From: Bacteroidales bacterium
GTDB lineage: Bacteria > Bacteroidota > Bacteroidia > Bacteroidales > WCHB1-69
DNA length: 64,000 nt
Direction: 5' to 3'
Assembly: GCA_017535665.1 (NCBI GenBank)
Contig: JAFXTS010000020.1
Location: 14,931-78,930 of the forward strand
How positions within the stretch are numbered: position 1 is the first letter of the stretch; each line of letters starts with the position of its first letter. The translations under genes and the position numbers were made by a program. The notes beneath the pieces were generated by a model. The model was given only the letters and a program-made list of their open reading frames with translations. It was not told the origin of the DNA and did no database searches. Positions 62,501-64,000 of the stretch are shown here, in pieces.

Positions 62501-64000
62501 AACACCGACTGAAGGTACGGCACCTTATACGCTGACAGTTGACAACTTCGCCACCACGCAGGTGGTACAAGCGGGAGGCAACTACACCTTCACGGGCTTG
62601 ACCGCTGGTGACTTTACCGCCAGCGTTCGCGATGCTAACGGCTGCGAGGCTACGGCCGACTTCACCATTACCACCCCGGATGCGTTGACCCTCGCTGAGG
62701 CGTCCACCACCGACCCGCTCTGCTACCAGGGTAGCGACGGACAGGTGGAGGTGACGATGGCCGGCGGCGTAGAACCCTACAGCATGACCGTTGACGGTAC
62801 GGCTTACGCCAATAACCTGACAGCTGGTAACAGCACCATCACCGATTTGAATGCTGGCGACCATGTCATCGTCATTACCGATGCCAACGGATGTACAGCT
62901 ATGGTGACCTCTACGCTGGGCGAACCCGACCTGTTGACCCTCACGCAGACTGCCATCACCCCGATCACTTGTCATGATGGCGATGATGGTACAGTGACAA
63001 TTAGCGTGGCAGGTGGTACAGCCAGCTATTCCATTTGGATTGATGCTTCGTTGCAGCAGCAAACATTGGCTTCTGCCGCTGAAACGGCCCTCTTTACCGA
63101 TATGAATGGTGGCGCTCACACCGTGACAGTGGTGGATGACCACCAGTGTACGACCACCTTACAGGTGTCGTTTGTGAATCCTGATCCGTTCTCAACGGTG
63201 GTGGATGCCACTACTGATGTGCTCTGCTTCAACGAGTCCAACGGTACTGTAACATTTACGGTTTCAGGTGGTACGGTGCCCTATGTCGTGACGCTGGATC
63301 CGACCATTCCGGACATTACCCTGAATAGCGAAGATCCTTATACCTACAGCCAGTTGTGGGCTGGTGACTATCAGGCCAACATCGTGGATGCACACGGCTG
63401 TGCGGCTACGATGCAGTTCACCATCAACGAACCCGACACGCTGAGTGTGGAAGCCCGCGTGGTGAACCACGTCAGCTGCTTCAGCTATACCGATGGTAAC
63501 GTGACCGCTGATGTGAGCGGTGGTGTTCAGCCCTACACCTACAACTGGGACAACGACCAGCACGAGCAGAATCTGAACAACGTGGGTTCTGGCTTCTATG
63601 TGGTGACTATTTCCGACTACAACGGCTGTATCGCTTCAGACACCACCTTCGTGAGCGAACCCGAACTGTTGCATGTCGAACTGGTGACCGTAACGGAGAG
63701 CTGTGCGGGTGAAGAGACTGCTGTGATTGATGTGGACGCTATGGGTGGAACTCCCGAGTACACTTTCCTCTGGAGCAATGGTGCCACTACCGACTCCATC
63801 TTCAACCTTGCGGTGGGCTTCTACACGGTAACCGTGACGGATGCCAATGGCTGTCCCGATACGATGACCGTGGAGGTGCCGTACCATGCACTGCCCGACT
63901 TCACCGTTAGTGTGACGCCTGCCTACTGTGACCGTCCCGACGGTACGGCTACGGTGGTGGGTAGCAACACCGAACTCTACACCTACGATTGGCATGCCGA
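41532..64000 (+). CDS. Giant secreted repeat adhesin (>7,400 aa, runs off the window end): Ig-like, Gly-rich, HYR-like Cys repeats, SprB-like repeats; probable T9SS cargo
   Basis: TATTTTTG box at 41465; ATG 41532 gives signal peptide MKRLGSKLLLIAVLGMLLGQVHA. The track has no ORF in this frame, and the same frame still reads GSNTELYTYDWHA at the window end. Repeats C..I.RTYTVTD.CGN...DT.AP and V.CFG..NG...GGT.PY...VTDANGC. Confidence 0.92.
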   Translation, partial: MKRLGSKLLLIAVLGMLLGQVHAQNTNNLCINANPFCTDENPYGVSFPAGTDATATPDLPDAQRGCLYYTPAPAWYVMQIDNPGSLLIYLEHSGGRDIDFACWGPFEGYNTYGELLQAVCTSRLTGDGATHRPNNGYHDPNNPGTWGGYPSGNLIDCSYSAQSTEWCFIPNAQVGQWYIFLICNYSRAPGTISFSVQDGEATTNCNILASISNNGPLCEGEDLQLFCNATSTIGYSWTGPNGFTSNQQNPIIPNVTPAASGTYTVVYQPNNSNEPQTGSTLVEVYDRPSASITPSQTALCNGEAVLLEGSSDCNDCQFQWSNGSDQHSISVMPRVTTTYTLTVTNGNCSSVASQTITVGAVPTVAVAPAVITLCSAIGFVDLEAISTQCGTGCSYVWSNGTVGSVNHITMDDCTADVDNIFTVTCTNSYGCTAEAYSIVRMTENVDVAECNVFYADNHGDPASQGLTPSSPTTIEHAIEQASCTNAIIRLDTGRYVIDQPIRMASNLTLEGGFMDEYKIKTSEIGATTIYRSNQYVEGTSTAPRLVAIEANSLNDFRLQDLTIQTANAPELPAVNTATNAADDKDCYNMVDPGELIPTVTVNIGNTIIPSTTTQVLPGTRAYSRYVTLYKASEIGDPMTFTALGFDVASLTDVPADGSLRHLRITLVEVPFESFNQFLNGNQTTNGCGVQYFTDLYNMSGATTVYDGYFCVDGTGLVTFPINYDYQGGNLMVILDGVGCYTATSNGGCALNVRGGTTNAAEYMSGRNQSQTSTPQSANNQWNLIPRYYAERPNISFFTCTDRTVAGNVVATVSPGSTPRNFPLPGESGHHRTVALYTDDEIGTGPRMLSGIALDVASISANAGRTRTVRIYMKNTTDVTLNAGQVWNQYISNASLVYSGTFCEDATGWTTFPVDFAYEGNSLMVMIEGEGCGSTGGCPVMVNCSSVSDQCVYTTTNEGAYYSINTLAASAYRPNLQLYSTSSEDDIFYVNESNYGVSTYGIHLANCGRYDIVRCRIMAGNASRGKNGTVGKNGGDGGNGGNGNIGLTGVIEDGVTHGEMGTLYVSGGAGGLGGRAGTSAGTATPAGQGGNGGQGGQYKTQSPFETNAGGNGTDGGNNPGSRTMGHTAGSNASSQPGMVTAAAQWTDPTMIQTAANGAAGVNGTNGVTANPIYNNYFNPGVQVNGGDGTGGAGGGGGGGGGAAAAKNTYSSDMRLALASGSGGGAGGGGGGGGQGGGGGYGGGSSFGIYSYNDAGDRNIMDCYITAGAAGIGGNGAVGGTGGTGGAGGTCDDIASIRAKHNNDNTLTNYIAAAFAGYGDNGGSGGNGGNGGRGADGATGASHATVDVTNLGVPTAPAADFTNWPTLLSQNIIHAGSHEKPYTSCTDVEMDMCSVGDQLYYTTFGSEATPSSGNSCTTIQYTGITSDLPNQVTATGRKTPQATGASTSNRYSGFNLVLFSPVEPGHITGNPDVCPGEYSYCIAYETGYFYSWDIIQGREYAEFISDTTINCVAVSFTNSTNEVQQVALEVQISPPCCPSFVRDTFWVDVEPMVHIDNITSTRKLCEGANSTLWVMATPPDATYQWMLNGNPINGATSSTYTVTDASEVNTGEYVVVVTGACNVEMDTVQVQLRPMPEVTVMVDEPLCVPAYPLFIFTSNMDGVEVTFTFEGNTYTITVDEGENYVDDILAHGTGIVSVVSAESPDHCVNNDVYSDLFLALNSEDVTSAGADRTYCDTYVPIEAVEPDNEGEHVSYGHWELVSTNPSGNTVVFDDINNYSTHFTASGPGEYEIRWVLTVENPCPNEVADTVVITITEPLDLTFEPGLTSCFGEPVNIAVLGSGGTAPYTYYWIDNSDPDNPEVIGLGYRIEGLVPGVDYLMVMMDENECEFDSNFVITLLASQSINIHDIDTLCPNAENVPVAITIDDGTAPFHVAITYQGRVYEYDTEEHELNYNLPLALTGCDIHDTIYLAITDRNGCTAYDTAAFVVADLRAPAISGTIPNDTLACPSDIPTTFADLSELVAHLSGGDNTITDNCTSFNRLRMNLSESTSTNGCRSTLVRTYTVSDECDNSTTITHTIIVEDTIAPVVDGTLSDMRVACLSEVADAITDLQTLVETFSLTVSDNCSRFSDLDLQVTTEPFTALCNASYVRTYTITDTCGNSTVITQNIIFNDDAAPVITGTLRDTTIYAEADCSYANVAAYRTVSQLVAAGLEVTDCNLVEEIAYEDDNTDPIRECVKRIVRTYTVSDSCGHSTTITQTIYVEDTISPAVDNILHDTTLYYTDAQCHYDEVTPLAITDFHVTDCNEVNLVVTHRDTVGAPGDCEWSYVRVYSFTDICNNTPTVLEQTITIKDTTRPQVVDNLEDTTLYYIGNECDLDAFPRLTLADFEVEDCRYEHLQFSVVERDTTNGGEGCSWTYTRVYTFADDCNNTSVSIDQLITVRDTTRPAIAGTLADTTIYRLADCTYELPTNLTIAGLEAAGLTITDCNLDNNVAVSDANLVGDDCSATVVRTYTISDLCGNTNTITQNIIIEDTTRPYLTAPIADSLLTATNCEFVVPDFVTIARTLAADNCTATADIDIQQSVAAGTPVTAAMDVTVTLEDACGNSNSYTIHITLPEELTLTLHQGDTAICEGQSVTLPTTFTGGVAPYVYAWTPTSGLTPTDVDTVVATPEDGTYNYEVTLTDGNGCTATASVTVIVDTMPAEPVLSSTADVACQGGSNGTITIESPVGTGYSYSLNNAALQDTANVYVGLSAGFYTVMVQSNTVNNTNCQATSTIEVESSPTNPRVAIDSLAVDLLLCPNQGTQEITARIISGTEPFVVTWTGATVDPTDSLTATVAVDATACDSVYTVNIVITDGNECEASSEYAFRIVDTLAPAIHGVLVNDTVACPNDVPAPYSDLTALNAALVGADAGIEDSCTIFANLDMTVETANYTQSCEYQIVRTYTVTDECGNASTITHAIIVHDTIAPVITGTIDAETVVCVADFTDAVQTVDDLLALLQGGTITDNCCDAEHLTLTSTTQNFTSYCNGDYIRTYTVTDSCGNSTSIEQHLIVNDNVTPVIEGTLADITIFADSACTHTLPTAYTAVAELETAGLTITDCNLVAEIQSADADMVDYDDCNTLVVRTYTVSDSCNNTSTITQNIYIQDTIHPWLSEMIADSLLTGVNCEFEIPDFEAIAVTLAQDNCTAQADIDVEQSPAAGTSTDADGDVTITLTDGCGLQTTYTVHYTLPTVPVLTLHQGDTAVCEGQSVTLPTTLVDGTAPFTYAWTPADGLNATNTDTVVATPDRGTYTYTVTVTDANGCTSQASVTVEVDTIPATPVMTQEPNVACQGDANGSITITYPVGSGYSYSLNNADPQDTTNVYHGLIQGQYTVVVITDAAAGCQSSGTIEVENSPAIPTIAIDTLLVDLCPNQGTQEVTAQIINGLAPFIVTWENATMNPADSLSATVSFDAAVCDSNYSVTVRIVDGNECETFSNYVFRVADSLAPVMTEFVDTLRVEGCDESSAPNVLTTEGELAALGVTYTDECTATGNFIVNCTADTAGTCPIVITRYYTVTDECGHVSEPAIHRILIDDETAPEVTVAAVMDTLNSCGAQNAPAAATTPAELQAIGFAFSDLCTATADLTLALVADTTSDGCTVEMTRAYTVTDACGNESAVMTHIIRIHDSIAPVINNEIPELTLYGCDTTTVLAAYPTATTVAELLALGGITITEACTPQDEMVVHHRADSTGLCEIMVARTYWVEDACGNLSNEVSHVIRILDTFAPTVNVTLSDTTIYYTTTHCDYDEVAILSQDYFNAQDCHQVNMEVVHHDTVGAPGDCEWSYIRDYRFTDECGNGPVIVSHQIMVKDTMRPQVVDDLRDTILYYVGNDCTLPTYPRLTLSDFNVEDCRYNNLQFSVIERDTTNNGEGCEWSYTRVYTFADDCNNTSVSIDQLITIQDTTRPAIAGTLLDLTVYRLEDCSYVLPDTLTVAVMSSSLTITDCNLDYNNVGIAHSDMEGDNCDGTIIRTYTLSDLCGNSTTINQTIHILDTTSPYLTEIIPDTVLVSNDCHFVVPDFVTIAYGQSHDNCTAAADLTITQSVAAGTDVTADMDVTVTLADACGNDSSYMVHITLPSIPEITLHQGDTAICEGESVLLPTTYENGTAPYEFSWTPTDGLSSTTADTVTATPAHGVYAYVVTITDANGCTATATATVTVDTLPAVPELTSLPNVACHGDVNGSITVLNPLGTGYTYSLNGEDFQSEPLFEGLTDSNYVVTVLTAEGCQSTGAIAVDRSPAIPAVAIDSLAADLLLCPNQGTQTITAQILNGLPPYTVNWNGATQSANDSLTATVDVDAANCNAIYSVTVTIVDANECEAHNTYNFSIVDTMAPVITGIVPNDTVACPNDVPAVFADLTALANALVGDETSIADSCTTFANLEMSVETAEYVQSCEYQVVRTYTVTDECGNSSSITHTIYIHDTIAPVISGTLADVTVVCLEEMPAAVQTVAELLALLQGDEAAITDNCSDFAGLTLTSSTPEFTALCHASYVRTYTVSDTCGNTTTVTQNLIFEDNVDPVVEGTLADITIYADSSCNYTLPAAWTTVADLTDAGLDISDCNLASDVTVSDADMTVVDACTNLVVRTYTVSDSCGNSTTTSQNIYIEDTIHPWMQPIADTLLVSTDCHFLVPDFEVAAALLAHDNCTADADIDIQQSIPAGTELTDAADVVLTLTDLCGLQSTYTIHVTIPEVLEIAITQNDTAFCDGGNAILATEVTGGTPNYTYSWTPTTGLDDPASAAPVAAPTEGTYNYEVEVTDANGCTVQAGVEVVVWESPDTAEVVITPNSMCEDGYNGIIEVTSPLGAYYLYSLNGGEYQSSPVFDELRAGTYVITVQTQDGCTSESVTVVVPNSDDMPNASIIITQPIICPTAGNQTVTAMVEGGEGPYFYDWQGDAILSVDDDEAVISIDPDACDSVYSFFIEVVDINNCVSTAYATITARDVEAPTIDESLVPIVLDGCSVDDAPAAATIVGELEVMGITISDNCTDNEDLVVTYEDQVTGSCPILITRTYTLTDHCGLQTSTSQTITIQDLEAPIAEESDVEEDVQGCSLADAPAAVTSVRELSQLGFNISDNCTSLDDMTFTYEELSYDNCPIVLERHYVVYDACQNVSDTLWHTIFIMDEAAPVLSGDIAPRLIEGCDITALGDDTLIHTVAGLQELGLQVTEDCSFDALVVYADEQVDGHCPIVVTRTYQVEDLCGNLSNTFTQVINIQDTTKPVFTDMLTELTLTSENCRFLVPDFEEEAMAHVSDNCSDGLTFEQSIEDGSSLTTTTDIVLSMTDECGNTATHTIHLIVPEELQVSIAQNDTAFCEGGNVVLAATVTGGKPDYVYAWSPVTGLDVTDQSQVTATPAMGNYSYEVLVTDDNGCTATAAVNVTVNESPAAASMETSNNTICNGTPNGIITITSPLGDYYEYSLNGGDYQSDPVFSNLDAGTYTIIVRTADGCLSAEATATIETVLNWPEVALSVESNLTVFCPSVGTREVTAEATGGQPAYIYTWTGVTTSNDETATLDVNPDACDTTYQVIVVVEDEYHCTATASVTLTARDVTPPAILGRLDTSVYYGCDVSVLPAPATTGLQLNGLGLMLSENCTNPDICEVSSYDDVSGYCPITIVRHYTIIDHCGNVSNELQQVMLVLDNMAPTVTAANITTNVNGCTVADAPAVITDPTELAAFGFNFSDNCSDITDLTVSCVADTSDTHCPITIVRNYSVTDPCGNSRGGMVNTIEIFDSVAPALSGTIATVAIDGCDLTALENYAAVTTADALAALGITINEECSDVEVFSEETSEGECPIVVTRTYWVVDECGNVSNTVSQTINIQDTTSPYFTNVITEQYLVGQGGQFFIPDLSAIALALSGDDCTPQGQITMTQTPAVGVQVTHDQDVTVVIYDLCNNTDTMLVPVILPDVLQIHIVQDDARFCFGDSILLTPSVGGGSMPYAFEWTPNDGGLNAYDTLNVTARPSVGTHVYTVTVTDFNGSTASDDITIIVDSIPAVPTLVATGNTVCDGTPNGTITVTNPLGADYTYSLNGGTYQSEPSFGELTPGTYTVTVQTPAGCTSDPATVEVPDETASPVITIIQTLDTLCPNVGTYTLTAEIVGGEAPFTYTWSGDGVADANALTTTLTVDANACNTFYVSNINVVDANNCTATDADTVYVRDTDLPTITGDLAVVTYNGCTIDVLPAAATTATELEALGVTLADNCTAADALVVNMREVVDGSCPIVVSRYYTVTDACGNVSEEFLHTLQVFDSVAPQVTTNEVTTHLNGCDETAADAVATTPAQLLTLGFVFDDGCTDVNELVVNSEETIEGTCPTTITRTYTVTDECGNVSATMTHIITVFDSIAPVINGAIADVTVDGCSVNDIADRPMATTVAELLALGGITIDEACSSDDLTLNSSENITYGCPIVVMRTYSVTDLCGNISNEVTETITIQDVTAPVFAEQVAEHLLASADCQFVVPDLVEEVRAVSSDNCVTDPAELIITQEPAAGTAVTTDMTVAVTVTDTCGNASVMNIQLRLPTVVTLSIEPSTTQYCEWDTVALTAMPEGGNGNYTYEWTPATGLLSTTDSIVMVNTEEQNFTYHLVVTDGNGCTAQADFTLPEPSHLTVSAAQQHIISCFEGSDGAVVATAVNGAEDYTYAWNNGTMGALCENLPEGTYTVTATDAYGCTATASIDITHPTELTATVSDETAVLCFGDANGSGTVTPTGGTAPYTVSINNNATTYPVGEGDSYTFTGLTADTYTVLVTDANGCTFTTTLTVGTPEVLAVTETANTMPLCFNGDDGTATVNLTGGTLPYTVSVNGTETLTADAEGEQLIQNLSAGSYTVSVVDDHGCSAQITITINQPDALQLAEVGTVNVSCFGLSDATATVSMNGGTAPYSLWINNNEQQQTVNTIQNVTFTNLPAGTHTVTVQDANGCLTTMPVTITEPNELALTATDAVAVLCFGDANGTVLVTPTEGTAPYTLTVDNFATTQVVQAGGNYTFTGLTAGDFTASVRDANGCEATADFTITTPDALTLAEASTTDPLCYQGSDGQVEVTMAGGVEPYSMTVDGTAYANNLTAGNSTITDLNAGDHVIVITDANGCTAMVTSTLGEPDLLTLTQTAITPITCHDGDDGTVTISVAGGTASYSIWIDASLQQQTLASAAETALFTDMNGGAHTVTVVDDHQCTTTLQVSFVNPDPFSTVVDATTDVLCFNESNGTVTFTVSGGTVPYVVTLDPTIPDITLNSEDPYTYSQLWAGDYQANIVDAHGCAATMQFTINEPDTLSVEARVVNHVSCFSYTDGNVTADVSGGVQPYTYNWDNDQHEQNLNNVGSGFYVVTISDYNGCIASDTTFVSEPELLHVELVTVTESCAGEETAVIDVDAMGGTPEYTFLWSNGATTDSIFNLAVGFYTVTVTDANGCPDTMTVEVPYHALPDFTVSVTPAYCDRPDGTATVVGSNTELYTYDWHA

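Noticed and set aside
41667-63995. Numerous 60-290 aa ORFs on the minus strand and in other plus frames
   Set aside because: Shadows of the codon-biased giant ORF, with no recognisable motifs.

Overview
Chromosomal segment of an anaerobic Bacteroidales bacterium, judged from TAnnTTTG -7 promoters before most genes and Bacteroidota-type TonB receptor, DUF4249 and T9SS-type genes. Housekeeping genes (grpE 5' part, L-serine dehydratase, uvrA, lytic transglycosylase, TrmH methylase, parC, LPS glycosyltransferases, RluA, panB, PpiD-like, RibF-N, ABC permease, kamD, CPA2 antiporter) are interrupted by two accessory regions. (1) 9.6-17.5 kb holds an AAA/DUF4143 ATPase behind 33-bp-period direct repeats, a voltage-gated channel with a TVEGWYD filter, and an uncharacterised operon. 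The operon has three paralogous tandem ubiquitin-like-looking small proteins, TerB, a membrane-anchored OmpA protein and a PD-(D/E)xK nuclease, and sits next to an XRE gene with a highly structured leader. (2) 24.5-29.7 kb is an array of co-oriented cassettes, gene relics, HicAB and promoter-driven hairpin RNAs, separated by a ~210-bp multi-hairpin repeat. The last 22.5 kb is a single open frame (41532 to the window end, >7,400 aa, absent from the ORF track because it has no stop) encoding a giant Cys-rich repeat adhesin. All family assignments come from motif recognition, not database searches.
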